Origin: Phoronis australis | Taxonomy: Eukaryota > Animalia > Phoronida | Assembly (NCBI GenBank): GCA_002633005.1 | Contig: NMRA01000244.1 | Coordinates: forward strand, 162,926-226,925 | DNA length: 64,000 bases | Reading direction: 5' to 3' | Program-made: the position numbers and the translations under genes | Notes under the pieces: generated by a model | Databases searched by the model: none | Told to the model about the DNA's origin: nothing | The model's input: only the letters and a program-made list of their open reading frames with translations | Part shown: piece by piece, positions 37,780 to 51,340 of the stretch | Numbering within the stretch: the stretch's first letter is position 1 | Layout: every line of letters begins with the position of its first letter

Positions 37780-40700
37780 CTCCGACCCAAGGTCCAATTA
37801 GTCTCTGAAGGAAGACGTTTCCACTCTCTGCGCACAACTTTACACAGCAGTCTGACGTATGTCTACGGTGGTGAATTGGCACATCAAGCCATTTCAATTC
37901 AGAAAACTTCAATTTAGGCTTGCTGGTAAGTACACCGGGATCATATAATCCTGTCGTTCACTGTGTCGTTTTTCCTAATCTGTTGTAAATAATGAATAGC
38001 ACCAACAATTATCTGTTCTCACGAAGGCGTTGCCGTAGCAACACACGTTCAGAAAATTGACCTTTTCTATGCGAAAAACTTTAGTAGAGTAAATGTAATC
38101 ATCAGCGAGAAGCATAAACGTTAATAAAATAATTATGGCTGGTAACTCTTCGGCTATAAATATTGAATACAACAATGGAGCACAAGTCAATATCTTGGCC
38201 ACTGACAAGCTGCGGACTGGTCTATTGGGAGGGGTGTCAGCTAGGTTGCAAGTGATGCGGTTCAGCTGACCCGGCGAAATCGGGCCAGAGTAGTGTTACC
38301 TTTTGACCCCGTGGAAAATGACCCCACGGGTCGTTTTTAACGTTGGAGATGACCCGAGTCACTTTTTCACGGCGCCTGAAGTTTGCCTGTTGAGATTTTA
38401 AGCCGTGAAAATGACCCCGTCGTTGTTGAAAACTTGTCAGATAGCTTGTCGAAGGAGGGCGGGATGGGGGTATTTTCACTTTAACAGTTTTGTATAACCA
38501 AGTACCGAAAATAACATCGGAAGATGGTTCCCGTGGGTGACTAGGTGATACGTGCTCCGAGTGCCACATCTAAGAGGTTGCAAAAGGAAAATTGCAGGGG
38601 TAGCGAAAATTGTTTGCAAATGACAAGAGCCGGTGACGCTTGAGAGCTCTGTAGTGGTGACGACCTGTGCGGAAGCGACGAAAATTGAAAAGTTGCACCA
38701 TGGTCTGCCTTGCGCCCCCGTGATACACCACTAGGTCAAAAAGCTGACAGTATATATGGTACGTATTTCATTCCATAGTGAGTCTGTTTCCATCGACCGG
38801 ATGTCTTGCCGGCAAATCCAGAGATTTGCCGCCCTAATACATCCTCACCTACACGTTTACCACCTGAGCGTGAGCCTCCGCTCTTCTAAGAAATGCAAAA
38901 AACTAAATATTAACAAAAGCTATGAGTTTTACTAAAGTAAATTCCTTGTTTCACCGATTGACCGACATTTTCTGAAATGTTCCTTACCTGTTGAAGAGTG
39001 TTCCTTCATTGGGTTATTTTTCTATGATATTCACATTAAATTTAGACTTCGTTAAAAGCGACTGTGGGACAGTATGAACATTGAAAAAAATTCTTTGTGG
39101 TTATTTTTCACGGGATCAAAATTTAACACTACACCGGGAACCCTAAGTTTCGAGACATATAGGAGGACACTAAACATATGGTGAATAACGGACTTGTTGC
39201 TCAGATCGGTGGGTTTTGTTGGGTCCGAATTCTCTAGGCAAAGGATTCGTTTTCATCTTGACCTCTCTACTATTCGGATTTTGGGTTGGCAACTTTCCAA
39301 CAATCCTAGTTTGCACTTGATCATTTCTTACAACTTATCATTCCATTTAGCTAGGCTTTTTCGGCTAAAGGGAAGTTATTCCAAGTTTAATTCTTTTTTA
39401 ATTGTATAAACCAGCAGTTCGTAATGTTTGATCTTTTCTAAATAAGTCAGAATACGTAAGTGAAAACCTCGGGCGTATTCAAGTATATTTTTGACAGAAT
39501 AAGCCCTTAACGGAAAATTCAGCCGATACCCAGAGAGTCGGCAAGACGAAATTCCACCGTTCTAATTTAGTGAGTACCAATGAAACGAAACCAGTTTCAT
39601 GTTTTGGGAGTTTCTATGTGGACTGGAAGATACTACCTTCAATGCGGAGGTATGTCGTGATCCTTTTGTCGGGTTTTAAACCGGGAACAAAATGCCTCCC
39701 CTGTATTATTAAAACCTGTATAAACACCTTTGAACTGCATTGCGTTTAAAGCAAACCTTCTGTAGAATTCTCACTGTTAGAAAAACGAGCCCTAATGTGG
39801 AGTTCTAGCACAAAAAGTAACGTCTTTCGCAGGGAATTTGAAGGCACCCTTTTCGTTTGCCGAACTGTGCGCAGAATGAATATGAGTAGCCCTATCTCAG
39901 TGAGCGGCACGTCTTGCCGTATAGCGTGGGCTACTTCTATAAGTTAACCCATGATAAAACCCCCGGATGGATGACTTGCCATGGCTCTGACTGAAAACAG
40001 CACATAACCAGTGTATATTTTACAAATATCTGAGTTCGAAATGTCGCGTACGACGCAACTGACCGGGCGAGTGAGAACGAGGTGAAGTCCTCGAAGGAAA
40101 TCACTTTTAAACTGTTTAGTCGTACAGTACAAAATGCACTAGATAGCTTAGCAACCTGTGGGAAGTAAAAAAAGTTGAATCAACGCCGCTAGCGGGAGAT
40201 TAAAAAGGGTAATAAAAGCTGTCACGGTCTTTTGTGATCAGCGAATCATTGAAGCCCCTTCATCTATGTAAGTGGACTCGCCCAATCAATACCTTAGTAC
40301 ACACAGTCACAGCGCGTATCGATTCGATTCAGAAATGCGAGACACGGTAGTGCATGTTACGAGCAGATGTGCACCTGTGACGTCACACGGTAATTACACG
40401 AAAATAATTGCAGGTAAAGGTTAATACTAAACCGTACACCTTTTAATGTATTTATTGAAGATTTACAAAATTACACAAGACTTATGAGTTGCCTTTCTAC
40501 ACCGAGTACCCGATAAATTAGAACCGTAGTATGAACTGACTGTACAAAAACTCCGAGAGAGGCTACCTTTGCCTAGAATTTTGGCAAACATGAGAATTAA
40601 AAAATGTACGCGATAATTTAATTTTGTTTCAATTTTTGTGAAAAAAATGTCATACAGCCTCTGTAGATTCCGATGCCATTGTTCATCCTCTGCGAAACAT

Positions 40701-43700
40701 CTATTTTTAGATAAACACCTGAAGGCAACCAGGTGAATTTTGCTAACTGATGATCTATCTCATTTCAGGCTAAAACATTTGAATCGCTACTTTCAAAAAT
40801 CACTTATGTAGATGCATTGACCAAGTACGTAGTCTGCTTTTCATCTTTAGTGCTTACGTGACATATACAGTATAACAATAATAAGCCCTAAAAGGCCTGC
40901 TTAATTTATAACTGAAACAACGAGCAGGTGTTCATTTTGTGTCCTACAAGTAGATCTATAAATGCATTAATGAGTTAGGCAAACATTTTTCCAGTTGGGC
41001 GCACAAATTCTACGTTTTTCAGAAGCACGAGAAAACAGAGAACAACCAAAACAAACTTTTCCTTCTCAATGGCATTGACGAGAGTCGAGAACGTATGGCC
41101 GATGAACATTGAGCTAACGAAGTGGTATAAGCTCATGAGTCGCCACGTCCTCGGATTTTTAGCTCGTCAATATTTTCCATTTATTTTCACACAAGTAGAA
41201 GACTTTATACGTCGTTTAAAATCATTGCACGTTAATTGCTGAATTCATTTGATAGGAAAACTCTGTTTTTTGATATCAAACAGAATAATTGAGTGAATCA
41301 ATACCGACGTTGCGGACTGCTCCTAAAATTAACTGGGATCGAGACTATCTTCTTTGTGTGTACCAGCGAATACCTCGCATTGAAAAACTACCGGAACCAG
41401 ATTGCAGACGTAACCATCGCCATTGCTTATACATACTATTCGCTTTGTTTATATTTACGGACACTTTTATTTATTTGCCGATATTTGTATAATTTTCGTT
41501 GAAAATGCTGTGAGCAGTGTCGATATGAAACTTTGGCATTTACACGCACTTAAGTATAATATATGGTGGCATCAATGATAAAGTTGAACAAATCAAAATT
41601 CCCGTTTATCTTAGTGGTGAAGACGTATCTAATTTTACCTGCGACGTTCATAGTAAGGGCGGATTTTGAGTCTACAGGGGCCATAATTTCATTTATTGCA
41701 GGACGTATTATACAGTAGAACGGAGACTACGTAACATTTGCAAATTACGCTATCGGCAGAGATGTATGAACATACATACAAATACATCGTATGTATCCAG
41801 TAAAGGCTTGGGTACGTGCCGTTCAGATTGGCTTCATGTTTCAGTTTTCTGGTATGCTTTTGGGTCGTGTTTTCCCTTTTATGAATTTCAAATGTTTTTT
41901 CAACGGCTACAAAAAGGAATAGAAAATTTGTATTTTTTTCTTGGTATGAATACGGCGGTCTGGTTATACTCTACATGGTAGGATTACTAACAAGATTCAG
42001 CAAATCTGTGTGAACATTAAAATATGGATATCATGGGGTATGAGCAGAATTTTTCTAGATGAGGTATAAATACGGGTCATGTTTTAAGTCCCCTTTCGAT
42101 AGGTATCTGACACTGACCTCTTAGAATGAACATGGCATTTTTTCATTTTTTGGTCCGGTATGAATATCACCACAGTTTTGGAAGCTCACTAACTGCAACA
42201 GCGCGGTTTGGTATTTTCAGGCTACGAAAATGCTCGACGTGTTCCAGCTAGATGGGCCAGCTACACCGGCTGACTACCTTGCCCCCAGGCTACAGCATCG
42301 AGAAATATGCGCGTGCTTGGCGAGCAGGGGCAAAACCCATCATGCTTCATCATGAAACATTGCACAAGGCCATGCTCCTCATTGTCACGCCAATAATTGT
42401 GATAACACATGCTTCAACAAGTCAGGAGGTCACATGCATGTTCCAGGGTCGCCTTAACAATATCATATGCACCCGGACACAGTAGTGCTCTGGGGCCCCT
42501 ATAAACACATCTGCGCATAACAATAATGACCGTTAACTAACGAGATTGTCCCGCTGTGCTGGGAAGCTCAGGGGCGGATACAATTTTTAAAACGGGAGGG
42601 TCGGACTTATTTAAAAGGTGGGGGGGGGTCAAATTCAACAATTCGGAGATCCTAGATTGGATATCACTGAAATTAAGGAAAGAAAGGGGGTCCAGACGCC
42701 TTCAGTGGATCCTCCAAAGCTTAACTTTAGCCTTGAAAATGACATGACTTAACATTATCCTGTACAGTTTGCCACCCGGTCATCACACGCAGAAACAATT
42801 TCAGTACTTGGTATGGTAGCACTGAGTTTAAGGGTGCTCAGTGAAATTGTTTTCTGAACACTGAAACCCTAAGAGTTACATGTCTCACCGTTATCAGTGT
42901 CGTAACCACACACACTACAGACTCGTATTTTAGTGACAGGTACACTTCGAATTCTGTGAATAATACGCTTACAAGGAAGTTACGCATTCATGTGGAGAAT
43001 TTCTCGCTTACACTGGTCACCGCTCAGATTCCCTTAGCCCCAGAAAACTTTTATGATGCCTAATTAAGCTCGCCCTTTGTATTGATGTAGATCGATGGTG
43101 GAAAGGTAATAGCTAGCATTACTGTCTCAACAACGGTTGTTATCATACCTAAATTGGTTTTCTCTGGCATTGCACAGAGTTACAGCCTGCAACTGTGGAA
43201 CGCAGTTTTAACATGGTACGTTTAAATATTAAAAATGACTAAAAAGTTAGTTTGTGTTCATCGTGACCAAGGGCCACTTCCCAAAGGAACGACGATGGTT
43301 TTAAATATGTTCCATACCGGTTTTCGTTATTTCATTTTTAATACACCTGTCTTCTTGTTTTTTTTTTGCTTACCGGGATCGGGTTGATATCCTTTAACTT
43401 TAAATACAAAAACAGTGGTAAATTTGATCGCCATCGAAACTTAGTTAAGTTAAGTGTGAGCCCATTCCTGGACTTTCCAGATTACAGGTACACTCACTAA
43501 TCATTTCACAGCGAACAAAACTACACGTGTCATTAGTTCAAGTTAAATCTTATTAGAACTCAAATAATAAAATATATACAAAAGTGCAAATATGACGATA
43601 GCCAAACTAAAGATTTTGGAATCTCTGGACAATTTCGGTTGCAATGACTACAAACTATTCTAGCTTTTTGTCAGTCATAAAAAATAAGAACGGGCACAAG

Positions 43701-44343
43701 TTAAGTACAACTGTTTCCTTGTCAAAAATCTGGTTAAACGAGATTGAAGAATATCAAAAGAATAATACATGTGATATTGTTAACTCTGATCAGCGTTTGT
43801 GAATCCTCCGAGTATATCAATACGCACGGTCGTTTATCTTCAATCGTACCTAATGTTTGTAGTTTTTAGCTTAGTAGTTCATCGATTTTTAAAAATCGAA
43901 AACCTTACTGTGGTTGTTCAGTTTTTTCCAACTCAATACCGCCGTGGTGTTCGTTTTGAACGAAATTTATTGGTTAGCACATTTTGAAAATTCGCCATTA
44001 TGTTTAGGCAGAGATGTTTACTACAGTTTATGGTTGGCCAATTACACTTAATTGGGTCTTGCTCGCACCGGCAATGCTGTCATCACCCATCAGGCGCCGC
44101 GCTCTCTTTGATCCCAGACAAGCGGTGAAAATTCCTTCAGATTCCTCTCTATCGCCACTTGCCCCCACCCCCATTTGACTTTTGTAGATACATAATTATG
44201 TAAATCATAAACTTTTGGCAATCTTCTTATCGACCGGGTTGCCACGGGTCCACCCTGACGATCCGTACGCCTCTGATCAGGCACAGCTGCAACGTCATCT
44301 CTTGGAAAATAATGAAATCGCCGATTGACGGCGCTCTTACCCG

Positions 44344-44351
44344 TGACGTCA
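44344..44351. promoter_or_regulatory. CRE palindrome TGACGTCA just upstream of the tentative ATG
   Basis: Perfect 8-mer about 30 nt before 44383; motif match only. Confidence 0.25.
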
Positions 44352-44382
44352 TTGTTGAATGAGGACAGAGAAAATATTTCAC

Positions 44383-44399
44383 ATGGCCGCGATGAAGAC
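44383..44399 (+). CDS. Tentative first coding exon of the ZNF292-like gene (MAAMKT)
   Basis: acATGGCC start context and GTGAGA donor; phase 2 fits the next candidate exon; no homology support. Confidence 0.35.
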
Positions 44400-44530
44400 G
44401 TGAGATGATACTTTGCACTGCAACCGACCAATTTGCCTCGTTAAAGGCTATATTTTGCGATGAAAAGGACGTTCAAGAAACAAAGAAGTATTGTGCACTA
44501 TTTGCCAAGGTTTGTTTTCCATGCTTTTAG

Positions 44531-44567
44531 TGTAGTTGCTGAAAAAAGTCCTACCATTGCCAACGAG
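44531..44567 (+). CDS. Tentative second exon of the ZNF292-like gene (VVAEKSPTIANE)
   Basis: Good pyrimidine tract and AG, weak GTGCAA donor; phase 2-0 links in frame to 47093. Confidence 0.35.
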
Positions 44568-45359
44568 GTGCAAATCACGTATGCAGTTTTCACAAACGCC
44601 GCTAGGATTGTTCCTTGTAATTACCCCTGGAACAAAACTGAAAGACACCTATCTTTACTTGTGCTTTGTGCTTTATGAACGACTTGTGCTTATGTCTTAG
44701 TTTGAGGTATAGGATGTAATGAAATTGAAAACTCGGAGGTCTCGACTGTTCAATGTCAAGAATGCCCAATTCTTAGTATTTTAACTGAAGAAACATGGAA
44801 AATGAAAGAACAGGACCTCACAATGGAATTAATGTCAATGACCCAGTTTAAGCAGTTACTGCATAATAGTGACAGATAGACTTATGAAGAATTTAGATGA
44901 TAGCTGTACGAACTGCATTCACCACATGTTTTTGTGATCCTGTGTGTGCGACCTTTTAAGATAATTCCACACAGGAACTTATCAGAATCTGTGAAGAGCA
45001 TACCTCTTAATACGCTACATGTGCAATAAAGAGAGTGGAAACCATCTTTATTTTATAAATCTTGAAGGAAATCTGTTGGAAGTTGTGCATGATGTTCTCA
45101 GTCTTGCCATTGTGTGGCAAGCTTTTTGATTGCGACCTACATTGGAATTTGCTGCTGCCTGATCTTCGATTGGAATCATTCATTGATCAGGTATTGTCGA
45201 TGAATGATCCCAGTCGAACGTTGGGCAGCAGCCAATCACCGGGTAGCTAGCAATTGACAAGCGTATCATGCAGTAGCAGAGAAACTATCATCACATAATA
45301 ATATCAAATATAGATTCCTTTTGGAACCGAAAAGCCATCCTAGTACCTTGAGGTTGTCA

Positions 45360-45920
45360 GTATACAGCCGTTTCGTCCGTATCCCACGGATTTGGTTCAC
45401 CACCAGGTGCACTCTCTCTCGTGGAATAAAACAGAAAAAAAAAACATGGGACATTCCCGTGAAGGAGAAACCCCTAGCCGCAAGGAGATCAAGTCCAGGA
45501 TCTCTGTTCAAACTTCGTCTGTGGACTTGGTTCTCAATAGCCTCCCGTACGCTGCGCTTCCACGTATCAGGGTGTAGACTTACGGTAATATACTGAACTC
45601 CTCATCACAGACCTGGTGATGTAGACCTCTGACGTGTTCTTGAATAACAGTAATAGGTCTGAAGTTGGGGTTATGTTGATCCTTCCCCTGGTCGATAATT
45701 GGTGACCCATCTCACTGATTTAGTTGTCAGTATTCTCACCACATTTATATTCGTAAATCACCCGCATACATCTCAAGGGGGTTGACACATCTTTCAATGA
45801 TGGGAAGATCCGTACCGAATAGTGTAAACAGCTTGTGAAACAACTTTGTGTTGTGTTTGCGGTAAATAGCCTGAATCCTTTTGGAGATGCCTCTGACATA
45901 AGGAATGCACACTGGGAAGT
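45360..45920 (-). mobile_element. Decayed Penelope-like retroelement, 3' part (GIY-YIG endonuclease region)
   Basis: Broken frames CIPYVRGISKRIQAIYRKHN, VIYEYKCG and WKRSVREAIENQVHRRSLNRDPGLDL, followed by a hammerhead-like relic. Confidence 0.8.
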
Positions 45921-46916
45921 TGATGATCGGAGGATCAGGGGGTCTATCCGACCCCGACTTGGTTGTTCATACAGTATTTCCTGACCGAGTCATAGAGGGA
46001 GCAATGTACTTAATTTCGTCTTAATGTTGAGGCTAGCCACAGGCCTGTAGACATGTAACTTATAGACACAGGGTTGTAGCTAGAAAACTCATTGAAAACA
46101 ATTTGGCCAAGTTTTGCGAAACAAAACAACACCTGTGGTAGAAGAAATTAGCAATGAAACAAAATATAATGCTTGTGGTTCTCACCGTGAAATGGGTCAA
46201 TTCGTGTAACTCAGTTATTGATTGATAATTCCGTATTTTCAACTATCACTCCTGACCAGATGTCACCAATGTGACTGAAAAAGCATTGGGTGAGTGGACG
46301 TTCACTAGATCTAGTCGTCCAAGTGCTGAGTGAGTTGTCAGAGGGGATTAGGCACTTTATCGTTCATCTGTGTAGAGTCTGTAAAAATTGTCTCGTTCTG
46401 GTGTTGTACTTGGTCATAAGCTTCATATTTGAAATGATTTTGTTTTCATTGTTTTCAAATTGGTAAAGGTGTGGAAACTTAATTTTGAGTCGAGCTTGCT
46501 GTTGCGTATAAATCGGCAACATCGCATTCTGGTAGGTTCTCAATAACGCAGTCGTATTTTTGGAAATAACACTTTCCAAGACCATTGCCATTTTGTGTCA
46601 CAACAAATTATTTTGAAAAAAATCTGTCTTCGTTACAATTTTGAGAACTCATTTTCTCGGTTCCAAAGTTTCCAACAGGCATGGTTGTTTCACATAAAAC
46701 TTAGTTTTCCACATATTACACAAGTAAATCTATTCAATGCATCAGGAGCTGCAAGTAGCATGATTGCAAGTTTGCAACCGCCTTCCCTCAGTTTCTCATT
46801 CAGATGAATAATTGAACTCAGCTCGAAATGATTGGGCACAAGTTGCTTTACTTCAAAACCTGGTGACAAAAACGACACGACAGCAGCAAGTCGTTCTCTG
46901 TGTGTTTACACAAAAT

Positions 46917-47029
46917 TGCGCCGTGTCAACTCACTCCGTGTCTCCTGCTCCATGTCAACTTGTGTAGTGTTTGCTGCACTGCGCCGTGTCAACTCACTCC
47001 GTGTCAACTGCTCCTTGTCAACTTGTGTA
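46917..47029 (+). repeat. 63-bp-period tandem duplication built on GTGTCAACT
   Basis: TGCGCCGTGTCAACTCACTCCGTGTC at 46917 and 46980. Confidence 0.85.
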
Positions 47030-47092
47030 TTTGGCACTTAAGTAAAAGAAGATTATCTGTTTTGTTTTTTAAGTGGCATTTTTGTGTGGCAG

Positions 47093-47182
47093 ATTTCTAT
47101 AATTTGTGACGAGAATATTTGTGACAAGAATATTTATGAAGATAATGTGAATAGAAAAGAGGAAATAGAAAAGCAGATCAGG
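47093..47182 (+). CDS. ZNF292-like exon (ISIICDENICDKNIYEDNVNRKEEIEKQIR), GC donor
   Basis: AG acceptor, 90-nt open frame; AGG/GCGAGT donor gives the phase 0 required by the next exon. Confidence 0.6.
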
Positions 47183-47735
47183 GCGAGTAATGGCTCATAA
47201 AATGTGAGCCTAGTTTTCTACTATCATCTTCAGCTGGAACCTCACCCACCAAATAAAACTTCAAATTTTAATCAATCAACTCGTCTAATTCGATCTCAAG
47301 ATTCAAGATTTTCCACCACTTACTGTTTTCCGCTGAACTTGTTTGCAATTTGGAATTTTTCAAACATATTTAGACTCTGAAATGTAGCTTTTCCCAGTTT
47401 GTCCTTGAATTAATAAGGCTCTGAATGTCCGTGTGCAATCTAATACTGACATAGTACATTTTCTGTCCAATCAGATTTTTTATTTAAATCCCATTAATTG
47501 TTTTTGGCCAGTCATATCTTCAGACATTTTATGAGGTCACTCAACTTCATGCCCTCTGCAACGAGCAAACAAAGAAAGGGAGTTTGCACCTAGATTTGTC
47601 TAACTTTGCATGTTCAACAACTTTGATTACAATCGAGTAGTGGATCAGTGTTAGAACGTCACGGGTGTTTTTCGCTGTGAATTTTTTCCAAATTGCAAAT
47701 TGTATACTTAGCTACTCGAATGGAGGTGTTGCTTG

Positions 47736-48289
47736 TTGATGATGTGTTCAGCCAGCCTACTGCCGTTGCTCAATTTATCACTAGTTGATACAGGCCCTTG
47801 ATGATCTGCTCAGCCAGACTATGCCCTATCTCAATTCATCACCAGTTGATCAAATACTGTTCATTACAGACCCTCGACGATGTGTTCAGCCAGCCTTCTG
47901 CCCTATCTCAATTCATCACTAGTTGATCAAATACTGTTCATTACAGACCCTTGGTGATGTGTTCAGCCAGCCTTCTGCCCTATCTCAATTCATCACTTGT
48001 TGATAAAATGCTGTTCATTACAGACCCTTGACGATGTGTTCAGCCAGCCTTCTGTCCTATCTCAATTCATCACTTGTTGATAAAATGCTGTTCATTACAG
48101 ACCCTTGACGATGTGTTCGGCCAGCCTTCTGCCCTATCTCAATTCATCACTAGTTGATCAAATACTGTTCATTACAGACCCTTGACTATGTGTTCAGCCA
48201 GCCTTCTGCCCTATCTCAATTCATCACCAGTTGATCAAATATTGTTCATTACAGACCCTTGACGATGTGTTCAGCCAGCCTACTGCCTT
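47736..48289 (+). repeat. 77-bp tandem repeat spanning an intron-exon junction (about 6 full and 1-2 degenerate units)
   Basis: ttcattacag|ACCCT recurs with exon starts at 47870, 47947, 48024, 48101, 48178 and 48255. Confidence 0.95.
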
Positions 48290-48406
48290 GGCTGAGTTCG
48301 AGGACAGGCTCACCTTCCTACACATCTCCATGTTTCATCTTCACACGACCGTACCTCTCATGACTTACTGCCTGGACATCTATGACCTCTGCCACACCCT
48401 CTTCAT
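48255..48406 (+). CDS. ZNF292-like exon (TLDDVFSQPTALAEFEDRLTFLHISMFHLHTTVPLMTYCLDIYDLCHTLF)
   Basis: ttacag acceptor (last unit of the 77-bp array), GTGAGT donor, phase 0-2. Confidence 0.85.
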
Positions 48407-49796
48407 GTGAGTCTGTTGTAATTTTTTAATGTGGATCTCATGAAATAAATTTGCATTTGTGCTCTTTCTGGTTATTGTGCGCCCACATAATACATGAATG
48501 GGTGCATATTACCACCGTCTTTGTTTGGACGTCCAATGTCCGCGTCTGTATCTCCAAAACCAGTTGGAGAACGTCAATGAGATTTGACAGGTGTTGGTGA
48601 TTTTCAGTTGAGTCTGTATACTGTGTCGCATTCTCCACAACATATTTTGACTCGTCACTATGCTGATTTCTACTTTTGCTGTGACTAGTTTGGTTACTTG
48701 TGTCTAGTTTGAAAAGCTGTGCAATGAGTTTGAAATAATAGGAGGTTAGCTGTTTCGTAAGCAAATGTTGACATTTTAGACTTTAAGTTTCTATTGAGGA
48801 GACGGCAACACCTTTCTATTTTTGGACAAATTTCACCTATTGTGTACCTCCTAATAGCCTTTTGTATCGAGTCTGTTTTGGCGTCTGCCTATTTTTTGCC
48901 AAACTGCTTCTTGAATCAACATGAAGATTTGTAGTTGTTTTTGCTGGGAAGACCGTAGCTGGCGTTGATTTTCATATACGTTCAACTGCTCTGTTGTCTC
49001 CTATTGGCAATAATTAGCACTCACAACGGGACAACAGGTGACTACTTTTCGAGTGGCTCTAACTGGCGCTCTGCCACCCTGTGGCAATTTTATTTTTTAC
49101 TATTGCCCATCTTGTCTTGGAGTTCCTTTATGGCAAACTGGGTACTACTGGGAAGACATCGACGCATTCTCATTTGCAGATGGGCTTGGCATATTCTGTA
49201 CTACCTTGTTGCCAGTTTAGGATATCAATGAACGTCCTGGAAGCTTACCATTTCTAGTGCAGTCGTGAGCGCATTTTAACACTTTGAATTGCTCTTGCTT
49301 GGTGCTGAATCGTGATTTTGTCTTATCATTTATTAGTTATATTTTATAAATTGATGTTTTCATTGTTTATTTTATTTTATTTATGTTAAATTTTCGTCAA
49401 GATCTGTAAAGTTGAAATAGCGACTAGGCTCTGTACACTGTTATGGAGTCAGTCCAAATTAGATAGGCTCTGTATGCAAAATTATTGGCTAGGCATTATT
49501 GCATAAACTTGTGACACGTATAATCTCATCTGTGGGTTAATTGAAGAAACTGGAAAGTCACGCAAGCTTGAACTTGAGCACCAGTCTGTGTAGCGCTGGT
49601 CTTTAATGAAGACTATAACTGACTTTGCAAAAGTAGCGTGCTCACCAGTCTAGGTACCCATTTCTTCGTAAGCACTGTCTTATTTGAAACACATTGAACA
49701 TTTTGATGGGATGACAGTCCTGGTTACAGTGTTGACTGAAGATACGGTCGGCGCCCTTTGACCTTTCTCTATGCTATAATGAGACTGATGTTGTAG

Positions 49797-50020
49797 GTAC
49801 GGTGCTCAGGCGGTGCTCTCCATCGACTGGTTCAATCTGAGTGACTCCTCAGAGGCAGTGCAGTTATTCCTTCAGTCAGCCCAGGCCCTGCATGAGGTGG
49901 TCGAGGAGAAGTTTGGGGTGCAATGGTTCTTGGTTCTCCAACATCTGTCCCAGTCAGCCTGGTCCTACCCTGTGTTACTGCAGATACTGAAAAGTGATGT
50001 TTCCATGGATCCCGATCTAG
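49797..50020 (+). CDS. ZNF292-like exon (YGAQAVLSIDWF...QSAWSYPVLLQILKSDVSMDPDL)
   Basis: tgtag acceptor, GTGGGT donor, phase 2-1, WxxPVL motif. Confidence 0.88.
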
Positions 50021-50726
50021 GTGGGTTGACTAGTGGTTCAGCGAGTTATTACTTGGTTCGAAAGTTTGATGATGACCCGAACCTGTCACCTGTCGCTAGC
50101 TTAGGACTGCAATTTTTGTTTCTTGTTCACAGAAAGCTTGTATCAGATGTGTACTTTTCAATATATGTTTTTCTCACATGACCTGGAATGTGCTACGACT
50201 CTACTGGTTAATAACACGGAGAACATAATTTTTTGATATTACATGGGTGAATCGCAAAGTAGTGCAAAGTAGAAATCCATACGCCTTGCATTTTATCATC
50301 TGAAAAACACTAAGACAACCAAACGTGCGCCAACCAAACAATGCCAGAATTCCAAGAAGGTGACAAATTAGTGATTGATATATCGGGTGTTGCAACTGTA
50401 CGTACACCCAGTCAGAAGCAACTTCTTAAACGGACTTATCTTCAGCAGCGAATTCCTTATCCGCGTTCATTCAAACGGAGGCGAGCCCCCAACTCGAGAA
50501 ATGCTGCGAGACTGTCTAGCTGGGCTGTCTCGAGGTCAATTCAGTGCTCACGTGTGGGGAAGCCCTGCTGACTATTAAAATTTTACAATTACAATTTCAA
50601 AGACTATTTATTAGATTTTAACTTGAATATTTGCTATGAAAGCTGAATGCTTATTGTTAAGCCTAAAATAAAACTAGTGACAAAAGGTAACTACTGAATT
50701 ATTTTACATTGCGCAAGCGTGTTTTT

Positions 50727-51243
50727 CAGGGCTTGGAATTTTCCGCGGAAACGCGGATTTCCGCTTTTTTCAAATGTGCTTTCCGCTTTTTTATAATATT
50801 TCCGCGTAAAAAAATCAAGATTTGATATAAAATTTCCGCGGCAAATTCCTTTCTTACCGCGGCGTTGCAACGACGTTCACCTCGAAAAGCAGAAGTTGCT
50901 CTTTATGTTTCGGAGGAACGTAAATTGTCAACATTGCCGGGGCTTCTGGGACAGCGTGGCGGGGTTTTCAATGGCGTCTGGTCGTGTCATTGTTAAGCGC
51001 GGCGACAAATACTACCGCTCTTCAGCCAAAAATGTGTGGGTTGGGAGTGGACAGGCGAGCGCGAGCTAAAAGGACGCAGATGCATGCTACTGATGGTGGT
51101 AACGTTTTCTTTTTTTTAGTCCTCCCGATTTTTGTCGGATAAAGGTTCACATCGACCATTTCAAGGCTGGTTATCGGGCATGATTTGGGCCGTAAATGTT
51201 TCAAAGTTTCCGCGTATTTTGTCATTGGTCATTCCAAGCCCTG
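50727..51243. mobile_element. hAT-like MITE (CAGGGCTTGGAAT TIR, subterminal TTTCCGC repeats)
   Basis: 13-bp perfect TIRs; GTTTTT on both flanks. Confidence 0.75.
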
Positions 51244-51340
51244 GTTTTTACAAAAGTTGAGTCATGTGGTTGAAAGTTTTAGACACGTTGAGTTTTTCGG
51301 CAAAAAGATTGTTTTTACAGTTCATGTGAGAAAACAAACT

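Noticed and set aside
43374-43434. Alternative first exon of alpha2delta (MAIKFTTVFVFKVKGYQPDP, GTAAGC donor)
   Set aside because: The donor is phase 1 while exon 2 needs phase 2, and it is not a convincing signal peptide.
47736-48289. CRISPR-like array
   Set aside because: Whole 77-bp units repeat with no unique spacers, there are no cas genes, and the context is a eukaryotic intron.
48438-49250. Minus-strand 108-aa ORF and adjacent broken frames
   Set aside because: No motif; at best a decayed repeat that I cannot support as a feature.
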